From Methanococcus maripaludis (GTDB lineage: Archaea; AGJL01; Methanococci; Methanococcales; Methanococcaceae), in assembly GCF_002945325.1 (NCBI RefSeq), contig NZ_CP026606.1, forward strand, positions 1,560,001-1,592,000: 32,000 bases of DNA. The letters are read 5' to 3'. The position numbers were made by a program, and so were the translations under genes. Shown here piece after piece: positions 8,708-18,727 of this stretch (position 1 is its first letter; each line of letters opens with the position of its first letter). A model generated the notes under the pieces. That model did not search any database. It was not told where the DNA came from and saw only the letters and a program-made list of their open reading frames with translations.

Positions 8708-10849
8708 TTATTTTGCACGTTTTATCGAAAGTGAAACTCTTTTTTTATCAAAATCAATGTCCATTACCATAACATCAACAATGTCTCCAACAGAGATTAC
8801 ATCAAGAGGATGTTTTATGAACCTGTCAGCAATTTCTGAAATATGTGCTAACCCATCGTGGTGAACTCCAATATCAATAAAAGCTCCGAAATCAACAATA
8901 TTTCTGACAGTTCCTTTTAATATCATTCCTTCTTTTAAATCTTCAAGTTCTAAAACATCGCTTCTTAAAACGGGTTTTGGAAGGTCTTCTCTTAGATCTC
9001 TCCCTGGTTTTTCAAGCTCTTTAATTATATCTTCTAGTGTTGGGATTCCGCAATCCAGTTTTTCAGCCAATTTTTCAATATCGACTTTTTCAGAAATTTT
9101 ATCGATTTTCTTTTCTTTGATATTTTTTATCGAGATATTTAACTCATTAAGTAAATTTTCTGCAATTTTGTATGATTCTGGGTGAACACCCGTATTGTCA
9201 AATAAATTTTTACCTTCAGGAATTCTCAAAAACCCTGCACACTGTTCAAATGCTTTTTTACCGAGTTTACTTACCTTTAAAAGTTCTTTTCTGGATTCAA
9301 ATTTTCCATTTTCCGTTCTGTATGCTACAATGTTTTTTGCAATTCCAATATTGATGCCTGACACATAATTTAAAAGTGAAACTGATGCAGTGTTTAAATC
9401 AACGCCAACAGAGTTTACTGAAGACTCAACAACCCCTGTTAAACTTTCAGATAACTTTTTCTGGTTCATATCATGCTGGTACTGTCCAACACCTATTGAT
9501 TTTGGGTCGATTTTTACAAGTTCTGCTAAAGGATCCTGAAGTCTTCTTGCAATTGATATTGCACTTCTAATTCCAACATCGTATTCTGGAAATTCATCAG
9601 AGCCGAGTTCCGATGCAGAATAAACAGAAGCTCCAGCTTCATTTACAATTACGTAGTAAACATCGTTTACAACTTCTTTTAAAATTTCAGAAACAATGTT
9701 TTCAGATTCTCTTGAAGCGGTTCCATTTCCAATTGCTACAACGTCGATATCGTATTTTATTATGAGTTCTTTAACCTGTTTTTTAGTTTCTGCAATTTTG
9801 TTATGTGGTTCTGTAGGGTATACTACCGTTTTATCGAGAACTTTTCCGGTTTCATCGACTACTGCAAGTTTACAGCCTGTTCTAAATGCCGGGTCCCATC
9901 CAAGCACGGTTTTGTTTTTTATTGGTGGCTGCAATAACAACTGTTTTAAATTTTTTGAAAATACTTCAATTGCACCGTTTTCTGCTTTTTCTGTGAGGCT
10001 ATTCCTAATTTCCCTTTCAATTGACGGTGAAATTAATCTTTTGTAGCTGTCAATTACCGTATCTTTTAAAATTTCAGAAGTTTTTGAATTTTCTAAAATT
10101 ATATTTTTAAAGATCCAGTCCTGAATAAAATCAACAGGTGCATCGATTTTCACCTGTAAAATTTTTTCTGATTCTCCTCTATTTATTGCAAGGATTCTGT
10201 GGCCTGGAATTTTATTGATCGCTTCAGAATATTCATAATACATTTCATAAACTGATTTTTCGTCCACATTTTTTGCTTTTACCGAAATAATTCCTTCTGA
10301 AAATGTAAGTTCACGAATAAACTTTCTGTAGTCTGCATTATCTGAAATTTCTTCTGCAATAATATCTTTGGCGCCAGAGATTGCATCATCTATTGAATTA
10401 ACTTCCAATTCTGGATTAACAAATTCTTCTGCAAGTTCTTCAATTGGTTTTTCCAAAATTTGTTTTAAAATTAATTCTGATAAGGGTTTTAAACCCTTAC
10501 TTTCCGCAATTGTCGCCCTTGTTTTTCTTTTTGGCCTGAATGGACGGTAAATATCTTCAAGTTCAGTTAAAAGTTCAGATTTTTCGATCTTTTGTTTCAA
10601 TTCTTCAGTTAATTTGTCCTGTTCGTCAATTAATTTTATAATCTGGGCTTTTTTATCTTCTAAATTTCTTAAATAATTCAATCTATCAAAAAATTTCCTC
10701 AAAACAACGTCATCAAGGGAACCTGTTGCTTCTTTCCTATATCTTGAAATAAATGGAATGGTATTTCCTTCGTCAATTAATTTAACTGTGTTTTCGACTT
10801 GAAATGTTTTTAAATTAAATTCTTTCTGCAATTTTTGAAAAATATACAT
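8708..10849 (-). CDS. tex: Tex-like S1 RNA-binding protein (transcription accessory protein family)
   Basis: NTIPFISRYRKEATGSLDD, YRPFRPKRKTRATIAESKGL, GWDPAFRTGCKLAVVD (YqgF-like domain), GNGTASRESE, GVGQYQHDMNQKKLSESLTGVVESSVNSVGVDLNTAS, C-terminal S1 domain (GMILKGTVRNIVDFGAFIDIGVHHDGLAHISE). Confidence 0.95.
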   Translation of the reverse strand: MYIFQKLQKEFNLKTFQVENTVKLIDEGNTIPFISRYRKEATGSLDDVVLRKFFDRLNYLRNLEDKKAQIIKLIDEQDKLTEELKQKIEKSELLTELEDIYRPFRPKRKTRATIAESKGLKPLSELILKQILEKPIEELAEEFVNPELEVNSIDDAISGAKDIIAEEISDNADYRKFIRELTFSEGIISVKAKNVDEKSVYEMYYEYSEAINKIPGHRILAINRGESEKILQVKIDAPVDFIQDWIFKNIILENSKTSEILKDTVIDSYKRLISPSIEREIRNSLTEKAENGAIEVFSKNLKQLLLQPPIKNKTVLGWDPAFRTGCKLAVVDETGKVLDKTVVYPTEPHNKIAETKKQVKELIIKYDIDVVAIGNGTASRESENIVSEILKEVVNDVYYVIVNEAGASVYSASELGSDEFPEYDVGIRSAISIARRLQDPLAELVKIDPKSIGVGQYQHDMNQKKLSESLTGVVESSVNSVGVDLNTASVSLLNYVSGINIGIAKNIVAYRTENGKFESRKELLKVSKLGKKAFEQCAGFLRIPEGKNLFDNTGVHPESYKIAENLLNELNISIKNIKEKKIDKISEKVDIEKLAEKLDCGIPTLEDIIKELEKPGRDLREDLPKPVLRSDVLELEDLKEGMILKGTVRNIVDFGAFIDIGVHHDGLAHISEIADRFIKHPLDVISVGDIVDVMVMDIDFDKKRVSLSIKRAK

Positions 10850-10899
10850 AATAAACCCTCTAAAAAAGTAATTAATTAGATAAAATAATTTCTGAAAAA

Positions 10900-11727
<828 letters not shown>

Positions 11728-11749
11728 TTAGTAATATCAGCAACCGTGT

Positions 11750-12223
11750 TTATAATCTTTTTTTGATTTTCGACCATAGCAAAATCGTAAAAACTGCAAT
11801 TGTTGGAAAAAACACAAAACCGATGGTGTTGTGAATGTATTCACCATTTCCAAACGTATTTGCGAGGATTCCTATAATAACGATTCTAAATATGTTTCCA
11901 AGGTATATTAATAATATACAAAATAATGAACCAAAAACATAATACTTTAACCTGTTTTCAACCGTCAATATATGAGCCAATAATATCGAAATCAACATCA
12001 TTCCAGTACATGGTTCAGTTATTGAAATTATGATATTTGGAAGATATACAAGATTTTGAATCAGAATTACATCGTTTAATAAAAGTTTTAACAATAAATA
12101 GCTTTGATAAGCTATAAAATTTGTTAAATGACTTTCAAAATGGCATAATATATGGTAAATTATATATGAATAACTAAAATATTTTAAGATTATTAAAAAA
12201 TATTCGTTAAATTTTTTATTCAT
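11750..12223 (-). CDS. Small archaeosortase/exosortase family protein (subfamily unassigned)
   Basis: 157-aa polytopic protein with exosortase-type catalytic motifs ITEPCTGMM (Cys), LIYLGNIFRIVIIG (Arg) and HNTIGFVFF (His). Confidence 0.8.
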   Translation of the reverse strand: MNKKFNEYFLIILKYFSYSYIIYHILCHFESHLTNFIAYQSYLLLKLLLNDVILIQNLVYLPNIIISITEPCTGMMLISILLAHILTVENRLKYYVFGSLFCILLIYLGNIFRIVIIGILANTFGNGEYIHNTIGFVFFPTIAVFTILLWSKIKKRL

Positions 12224-12265
12224 GTTTTATCATGTTGCATGTCATGATATATCCTATTTAGTAAC

Positions 12266-13213
12266 CTACCATTTGTGAACATATCCTTCTAATTCCACGG
12301 ATTTTCCATCAACCGTTTTTCCGAATTCTACGACTTTTCCAATTTTTGTTACTGAATTTATATCTTTTAATTTTTCTTCGGCTTTTTTAAAATCAGGAGT
12401 TGTAAAAAGTAGTTCAAACTCTTCACCGCTGTTTAAAACCGTTTTTAATAAATCCCTATCAAATTTTTCACAGAATTCAATAACTTCGGTTGAAACGGAG
12501 TTTAAAAGTTTTTTTGAATTTATTTCAAAGTTTCCTGTATAATTTAAATCTTTTGAAAGACCGTCAGATATGTCGCAACATGAGGTGATTGTTTTATTCA
12601 ATAAAAGCCCTTCTTTAACCCTTGCTTTAGGTTCTGCAAGCTTTTCCATGATCTCAGGAAATTCAGAAATTGTTTTTTCAAATTCCATATTTCCTAAAAT
12701 TCCTTTATTTTTCATCTCAAGAAGTTTTAAAGCGCAATTAACTTTTCCAACATCGCCAGTGATGCAGATATCTTCACCAATAATTCCACCGCGATATATC
12801 GGATTATTCGTAATTCCAAATGCAGTTCCAGACAGTGTTAATTCAGGCGCTTTATTTGTATCTCCGCCTGCAATTGGGCATTCGTACTCTTTTGAAATAA
12901 AATTTATTCCTTTTGACATTTCATCGATAAATGTTTTGTCTGGGCTATCAAAACCCATTGAAATTACCATTCCAAGAGGTTTTGCACACATTGCGGCAAT
13001 ATCTGATACATTTGCAGTAACAACCCTCATTCCAATCTGAAATGGTGTTAAAATACTTGGAAAATGTGTTGATTTAAACATCATGTCTGTTGTAACAACC
13101 AAATGCTGGTTTTCTAATTTAAAAACCGCACAGTCATCCCCAATTCCCATTTCAACCCCATTTGAATAGGAAAGATTTTTTGAAATAATTTTAATAATAT
13201 CAAGTTCATTCAT
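12266..13213 (-). CDS. thiL: Thiamine-monophosphate kinase ThiL
   Basis: GIGDDCAVFKL, TTDMMFKSTHFP, RVVTANVSDIAAMCAKPLGMVISMG, GGDTNKAPE, ICITGDVGK, DISDGLSKDL. Likely start MNELDI at 13213. Confidence 0.95.
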   Translation of the reverse strand: MNELDIIKIISKNLSYSNGVEMGIGDDCAVFKLENQHLVVTTDMMFKSTHFPSILTPFQIGMRVVTANVSDIAAMCAKPLGMVISMGFDSPDKTFIDEMSKGINFISKEYECPIAGGDTNKAPELTLSGTAFGITNNPIYRGGIIGEDICITGDVGKVNCALKLLEMKNKGILGNMEFEKTISEFPEIMEKLAEPKARVKEGLLLNKTITSCCDISDGLSKDLNYTGNFEINSKKLLNSVSTEVIEFCEKFDRDLLKTVLNSGEEFELLFTTPDFKKAEEKLKDINSVTKIGKVVEFGKTVDGKSVELEGYVHKW

Positions 13214-13342
13214 TTTTGTTCCTGTTTTCAAAAGTTTGATAGTTTTTATGGAAAATCTCTTTAAAATATTTAGCTAATAATTAATGGTATTACTTCCGCA
13301 TACAAAAACTTACAAAATGTAAATTCTAATTTCACAATCACC

Positions 13343-13351
13343 TTTATATAC
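13343..13351 (+). promoter_or_regulatory. Candidate archaeal TATA box for the box C/D sRNA transcript
   Basis: TTTATATA in 'caatcacctttatatactg', about 70 bp upstream of the sRNA core and the nearest strong TATA element. Confidence 0.45.
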
Positions 13352-13413
13352 TGAATCCGAGATACTAATGATGCAATTGACGCATAAAGACTGAATGTTC
13401 TTTTTATGCACTT

Positions 13414-13471
13414 GGTGGATGATGAACGGAGTAGCTTCTGATTTATGATGAAAGATGGGCGAGCTGACACC
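13414..13471 (+). ncRNA. Archaeal box C/D small guide RNA
   Basis: Sequence GGTGGATGATGAACGGAGTAGCTTCTGATTTATGATGAAAGATGGGCGAGCTGACACC: terminal stem GGTG/CACC, box C ATGATGA (13419-13425), 12-nt guide ACGGAGTAGCTT, D' CTGA (13438-13441), C' ATGATGA (13445-13451), 12-nt guide AAGATGGGCGAG, D CTGA (13464-13467). Confidence 0.88.
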
Positions 13472-13480
13472 AATTTTTTT
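13472..13480 (+). terminator. T-tract terminator of the box C/D sRNA
   Basis: 'aattttttt' immediately after the closing stem of the sRNA. Confidence 0.5.
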
Positions 13481-13555
13481 ATTCTGAAAAACTAAATTTT
13501 TATATCTCTTCTTTTAACTACTAACTTTTATACTATTCTTCATTTTGGCGGTAAA

Positions 13556-14872
13556 ATGGCAATTAAAAACGTTTCAATCGTGTACCCGAATAAATTTGGC
13601 GGAGGGATAGCATGTCTTGCAGTGCATGTTTTAACCGGCCACTTAAACAAGTACTCAGATATTTCTGCAAATGCGTATTTTATAGAAAATTACTCGAAAA
13701 TTAAGAACAATGACGCTATTTTAATAACTTTACAGTACGAAAACGACTATTTTAACGTTGTAAAAATTGTAAAAGAATTAAAAGCTCAAAATCCAAACGC
13801 TATTTTTATTGCAGGGGGTCCCTGCGCCATTTCAAACCCGCTAACTATTCAGGAATTTTTTGATGCATTTGTTGTCGGTGAAATTGAAGGAACTGATACA
13901 ATGTACCAATTGATAAATGGTAATTTTGAAATTCCTGGAGTATATGTTCCGAAAAATTATAATAATGAAAAAATTAAAAGAATATATCCAAAAAAACTCG
14001 GGATAGATGATTATCCAATAGCCCAAGTTACGCATGAATCGGGAGCTTATGGAAAAGCTTATCTTCTTGAAATTGGAAGGGGTTGCATTAGAAACTGTAA
14101 GTTTTGCATGGCCAAATGCATCTACGCTCCTCCAAGATATCGAAAAATTGAAGATTTAAAGTATCTGGTCGATGAAGGATTAAAAAACACCGATGCAGAC
14201 AAGGTTTCACTAATTGCCCCATCTGTAAGTGATTATAAGTATGTACTAGATTTATGCGCACACATCTCTGAAAAAAATGTGTTAATTTCGCCTTCATCAT
14301 TACGGGCAGATACAATTACTGATGAACTGCTTGACTTTTTAAATCTGAAAACATTGACGATAGCACCCGAAGCAGGTAGCGAAGTTCTGCGAAAAAAAAT
14401 TGATAAAGGAGTCACTGAAGAAAATATTTTAAATGCAGTTGATATTGCTAAAACACACGGAATATCTACCGTAAAACTTTATTATATGGTTGGTTTTCCT
14501 GATGAATCAGAAGATGATATTGAAGAAATAATAAATTTAACAAAAAAAATAAAAGATAACGTTCGAAAAGTAGATGTTAGCATAAACCCAATGGTTCCAA
14601 AGCCCCACACTCCTTTCGAAGACTTTGAATTTGACATGGACTCAAAAACGAAGATAAAATATATCGAAAAAAGTCTGCGAAAAATAAAAGTTAGTGTTGA
14701 TTTTGAAAAATTCAATTCTATGGTTGCACAGACCGTTCTTGCAAGAGGGGGAAGTGAACTTTCAAAAGTTTTAAATGAGTCAAGAAACACAATCGAACTT
14801 ATTAAAAATGTGGATTTGGATAATTACATTAATAAAATCGAAGAAAAACCTTGGGATTTTATAGAAATCTAA
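13556..14872 (+). CDS. B12-binding domain/radical SAM protein of unknown function
   Basis: Radical SAM cluster motif GRGCIRNCKFCMAKC; N-terminal cobalamin-binding-like Rossmann region (IFIAGGPCAISNP); LTIAPEAGSEVLRKKIDKGV; YYMVGFPDESEDDIEEI. Confidence 0.9.
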   Translation: MAIKNVSIVYPNKFGGGIACLAVHVLTGHLNKYSDISANAYFIENYSKIKNNDAILITLQYENDYFNVVKIVKELKAQNPNAIFIAGGPCAISNPLTIQEFFDAFVVGEIEGTDTMYQLINGNFEIPGVYVPKNYNNEKIKRIYPKKLGIDDYPIAQVTHESGAYGKAYLLEIGRGCIRNCKFCMAKCIYAPPRYRKIEDLKYLVDEGLKNTDADKVSLIAPSVSDYKYVLDLCAHISEKNVLISPSSLRADTITDELLDFLNLKTLTIAPEAGSEVLRKKIDKGVTEENILNAVDIAKTHGISTVKLYYMVGFPDESEDDIEEIINLTKKIKDNVRKVDVSINPMVPKPHTPFEDFEFDMDSKTKIKYIEKSLRKIKVSVDFEKFNSMVAQTVLARGGSELSKVLNESRNTIELIKNVDLDNYINKIEEKPWDFIEI

Positions 14873-14915
14873 TTTAACAAAGATATAACTTAACAATTAT
14901 AAAAACGGTGATAGC

Positions 14916-16094
14916 ATGGCGATATTAGGACTCGTTGGAAAACCAAACGTTGGAAAATCAACTACATTCAATGCAATGACGGAAAAAATTGCAGATATTG
15001 GAAACTATCCATTTACTACGATAAACCCAAATATTGGAACTTCTTTTGTTACAAAGCCATGCCCATGTGACACTTTAAATTTAAAATGTACTCCAAATAA
15101 TTCGAAATGTTTCTCTGGAATGCGTTATATTCCTGTTGAAGTAATTGACGTTGCAGGGCTTGTTCCTGATGCACACAAAGGAAAAGGGATGGGTAACAAA
15201 TTTTTAGATGATTTAAGGCAGGCTGATGCATTTATACTCGTTGTTGATGCAAGCGGAAAAACGGATCTCGAAGGAAATCCTTCTGAAAATAACGATCCTG
15301 TAGAAGATGTTAAATTTTTGTTAAATGAACTTGATATGTGGATTCACGGAATTTTAACGAAAAACTGGGAAAGACTTTCAAGAAAAGCACAGCAGGAAAA
15401 AAACCTTTTAAAAGCGCTTTCTGAACAGTTAAGCGGATTAAATATTTCCGAAAATCAGGTATTTGCAGTAATTAAAGAATTTGACGAAAGTCCAATGAAA
15501 TGGACAGAAGAAGATTTAATCAATGTTTCAACAAATTTAAGAAAAGCTTCAAAACCAATGATTATTGCTGCAAACAAGGCAGATCACCCTGATGCAGAAA
15601 AAAACATTGAAAAATTAAAAGAAGAATTTAATGACTTTTTAGTTATTCCAACATCCGCTGAAATTGAGCTTGCACTCAAAAATGCACAGAAAGCAGGTTT
15701 AATAAAATACGATGGAAAATCAATGGAAGTTTTAGATGAATCATCACTAAATGATGCACAGAAAAATGCACTAAACTACATGAAAAATTATCTTGATAAA
15801 TTTGGTGGAACCGGAATTCAGGATTTGATCAATGTTGCGTATTATGATCTTTTAGATATGATTGTGGTTTATCCTGTAGAAGATGAGGGAAAATTCTGCG
15901 ATAAAAAAGGAAACGTTTTACCTGACGCATATCTTGTAAAAAAAGGAGCAACTGCAAAAGACCTTGCATTTAAAATACACACTGAAATCGGTCAAAAATT
16001 CATTTATGCGGTTGATGCAAAGAAAAAGTTGAGAATCAGTGCAGATCAAGAATTAAATGATGGAGATATTATAAAAATCGTTTCTGCTGCATAA
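14916..16094 (+). CDS. YchF/Obg-family GTPase with TGS domain
   Basis: G1 GLVGKPNVGKSTTFNA, G3 VEVIDVAGLVPDAHKGKGMGNKFLDDLRQADAFILVVDASG, NKAD, C-terminal TGS domain. Confidence 0.94.
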   Translation: MAILGLVGKPNVGKSTTFNAMTEKIADIGNYPFTTINPNIGTSFVTKPCPCDTLNLKCTPNNSKCFSGMRYIPVEVIDVAGLVPDAHKGKGMGNKFLDDLRQADAFILVVDASGKTDLEGNPSENNDPVEDVKFLLNELDMWIHGILTKNWERLSRKAQQEKNLLKALSEQLSGLNISENQVFAVIKEFDESPMKWTEEDLINVSTNLRKASKPMIIAANKADHPDAEKNIEKLKEEFNDFLVIPTSAEIELALKNAQKAGLIKYDGKSMEVLDESSLNDAQKNALNYMKNYLDKFGGTGIQDLINVAYYDLLDMIVVYPVEDEGKFCDKKGNVLPDAYLVKKGATAKDLAFKIHTEIGQKFIYAVDAKKKLRISADQELNDGDIIKIVSAA

Positions 16095-16148
16095 TTTTTA
16101 ATTTTCATTACGTTTTTTTTACTTTTTTACATATTTTGGAGGATTATT

Positions 16149-16712
16149 ATGATACCAGATAATAATAAAGCGCTAGATTTATTAAATTGTTATGTAAAAG
16201 AGCAGTCAAATCTCGACCATAATTTAATTGTAGGGTATGGGATGCTTGGAATAGCTAAATATTTAGAAAAAGATGAAACCGAGCAGAATTACTGGTTTGT
16301 GTCCGGAGTTTTGCACGACATCGATATTGAAGAGTATGGGTCGGATATTGAAAAACACTGCATTATCGGTGAAAAAATTTTGGAAAGAGAAGGAATTTCC
16401 AAAAATTTAATTGATGACATAAAATCTCACAACGATGTATTAAATATTGGGCGAAATTCGGAAATTAGGCATGCTTTATGGGCAGTTGATGCACTTTCGG
16501 GAATTATTCGAGCTTATGTATTAATGAGGTCTGACAAGGATGTAAAAAAAGCAGAATTAAAGTCAATTAAGAAAAAACTAAAAGATAAAAGTTTTGCACA
16601 AAATGTTTCAAGAGAACAGATTAAATCCTGTGAAGAAAATTTGAAAATAACGCTTGATGATTTTGTAAATTCTGTTTTAAAAGAAATAAAAGAAAATATT
16701 TCATTTAATTAA
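16149..16712 (+). CDS. HD domain-containing phosphohydrolase-like protein
   Basis: YWFVSGVLHDIDIEEYG (HD motif), with conserved His spacing (IEKHCIIGEKILE; IKSHNDVLN). Confidence 0.82.
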   Translation: MIPDNNKALDLLNCYVKEQSNLDHNLIVGYGMLGIAKYLEKDETEQNYWFVSGVLHDIDIEEYGSDIEKHCIIGEKILEREGISKNLIDDIKSHNDVLNIGRNSEIRHALWAVDALSGIIRAYVLMRSDKDVKKAELKSIKKKLKDKSFAQNVSREQIKSCEENLKITLDDFVNSVLKEIKENISFN

Positions 16713-16756
16713 TTTTAAAATTTAACTTTTTTAAAAAGTAATTTTTTTAAGTTTTT

Positions 16757-18601
16757 TTATTTTATTAATGGGAACATTACGTGAACTGTTGTACCTTTTC
16801 CAATTTTGCTTTCAACCCAGATCGATCCACCATGGGATTCCACAATTTTTTTACAAACTGCAAGTCCAAGGCCGGATCCTCCAACTTCTCGTTTTGAAGA
16901 AGAATCGATTTGGTAGAATTTATCAAATATTTTTCCAAGGTGTTCTTTTGGAATTCCTGGTCCCTGATCAGTAATTTCAAGGTGGATATTTCCTTTATCT
17001 TCAAAACCCATCACTGTAACTTTGGTCTGTTTTTTGCTGAATTTTATTGCATTTTCGATTAAATTACTAAGAACCTGATGAATTTTAGACTTATCTCCTT
17101 TAATATCCAGATTATCCACATCTTCGAGTAAAACTATATTTTTACTTTCTGCGAAATAATCGAAAGACCTTAAAATATCATTTACTTCTTTTTTAAGGTT
17201 TATTTTGTCTCGTTTGATGTCCAAAATCTTATTATCTACAGTTACAAGGTCTGACATATTGTCTGTAATTCTTTTTAACCTGTCTGAGTTTTCAGATATT
17301 ACAGATATGAATTCTTTCTGTTTTTCGCTTAATTTTCCTGCAGTTTCATCTTTTAATAATTCAACATAGCCTAAGATTGCAGTAAGTGGCGTTCTAAGTT
17401 CGTGCGATACTATGGACAGTATTTCTGATTTTAAATTATCAACTTCTTTTAATTCGTCAAATGAAGTTTTAAGGGTATGTGCATCACTTTTAAGCTTTTT
17501 ATCGGATTTTCGTATTTCATCAGCCATTTTATTAAACGATTCTGCAAGTTCTTCTAATTCATCGCCTGTATCAATTGATGCTCTTTCGTCGTAATTTCCA
17601 CGTCCAAAAGATTCGGCAGAGTTTTTAAGTTTTTTTATCGAGTCGACTATTTTTTTATTTAATATCACTGCAACAAAAACTGCTATAATCAGGCTAGAAA
17701 ATGCGATAAAGAATATTTTTTGGATTACTGAATTTAATAATACCGTAAATGGCGATTTTGGAGTTCCAACACAGGTCATTCCTATTACTTCACCGTCAAT
17801 ATTGTATATCGGGGAATATTTAGCAAGGTAGGGCACTCCATTTATGGTAACCGTACTCCTAACGTCCTGTTTTTTTGAAACAGTTTCATATATATCTTCA
17901 TCTGCAAGTTCACCAACAAAATCTACTCCATCTTTTTGGCAGGTTGTAGATATTCTTACGTTGTTTAGATATATCGAAGCTTCATCACCGGTAACTTCTT
18001 TAATTCGGTCAACCCAGTAATCATCCTTATTCATTATATCTACGTAGGTTACAGCACCTATAAGAGAATCTCCATCATATATTGGTGCAACCGTAAAAAT
18101 TGTAAGTGCATCGTGCCCATCTAGTTCATAATCGCTATATTTTGAAGCTTCTTCGTTTGGGAGGATATCGTAAGCATATATGGTATTTTTTTCTAATAAT
18201 TTTTTAACGTAACTGCTTATTTCTGCATCATCGTCTCCGTAGCTTGCACAGATTACGTTTCCGTCTGCATCAGTAAAAACTGCTAAATCGATCCAAGACT
18301 GGTCTTCAAGGCCGTTTGCAAAATCTTGAAGCGTATCTTTATCATTATTTTTAACAGCATTAACAACAACTGGAAGGTTTGCCGTATATGCAGTCATCGT
18401 GTCAAATTCAACAAGAACGCTGTCCATTCGTTCATTTAATATTCCTAAATTTATATCTAGTTCAGATTCCTGATTTGAAGTCATCAAATCTGAAATAGTA
18501 TCTGTAGATACATAACTCATCATAACGATTGGAATTAAAACAATAATTATTGAAAAAATCAGTAATTTAGTTCCAATCATTCCAATTCTCGATCTTCTCA
18601 T
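16757..18601 (-). CDS. Membrane sensor histidine kinase (extracytoplasmic Cache-type sensor, HAMP, HisKA, HATPase)
   Basis: Two TM segments flanking about 250 aa; HAMP-like region; H-box SHELRTPLTAILGYVELL; HQVLSNLIENAIKFSK; DQGPGIPKEHLGKIFDKF; VGGSGLGLAVCKKIVESHGG. Confidence 0.95.
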   Translation of the reverse strand: MRRSRIGMIGTKLLIFSIIIVLIPIVMMSYVSTDTISDLMTSNQESELDINLGILNERMDSVLVEFDTMTAYTANLPVVVNAVKNNDKDTLQDFANGLEDQSWIDLAVFTDADGNVICASYGDDDAEISSYVKKLLEKNTIYAYDILPNEEASKYSDYELDGHDALTIFTVAPIYDGDSLIGAVTYVDIMNKDDYWVDRIKEVTGDEASIYLNNVRISTTCQKDGVDFVGELADEDIYETVSKKQDVRSTVTINGVPYLAKYSPIYNIDGEVIGMTCVGTPKSPFTVLLNSVIQKIFFIAFSSLIIAVFVAVILNKKIVDSIKKLKNSAESFGRGNYDERASIDTGDELEELAESFNKMADEIRKSDKKLKSDAHTLKTSFDELKEVDNLKSEILSIVSHELRTPLTAILGYVELLKDETAGKLSEKQKEFISVISENSDRLKRITDNMSDLVTVDNKILDIKRDKINLKKEVNDILRSFDYFAESKNIVLLEDVDNLDIKGDKSKIHQVLSNLIENAIKFSKKQTKVTVMGFEDKGNIHLEITDQGPGIPKEHLGKIFDKFYQIDSSSKREVGGSGLGLAVCKKIVESHGGSIWVESKIGKGTTVHVMFPLIK

Positions 18602-18727
18602 GGGGCACCACTAAATAAGTCAGTTTGAGTAAATTTTTTTAAATATTTTCATTTAATTATTTTAGTTAAATATTTAGGAATATCATTAAATAATTATTTG
18701 TTCGTTCTTTGCCCGACATTTTGATCT

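Noticed and set aside
13270-13473. Minus-strand 67-aa ORF
   Set aside because: Overlaps the box C/D sRNA and its TATA region, has no RBS or recognisable homology.
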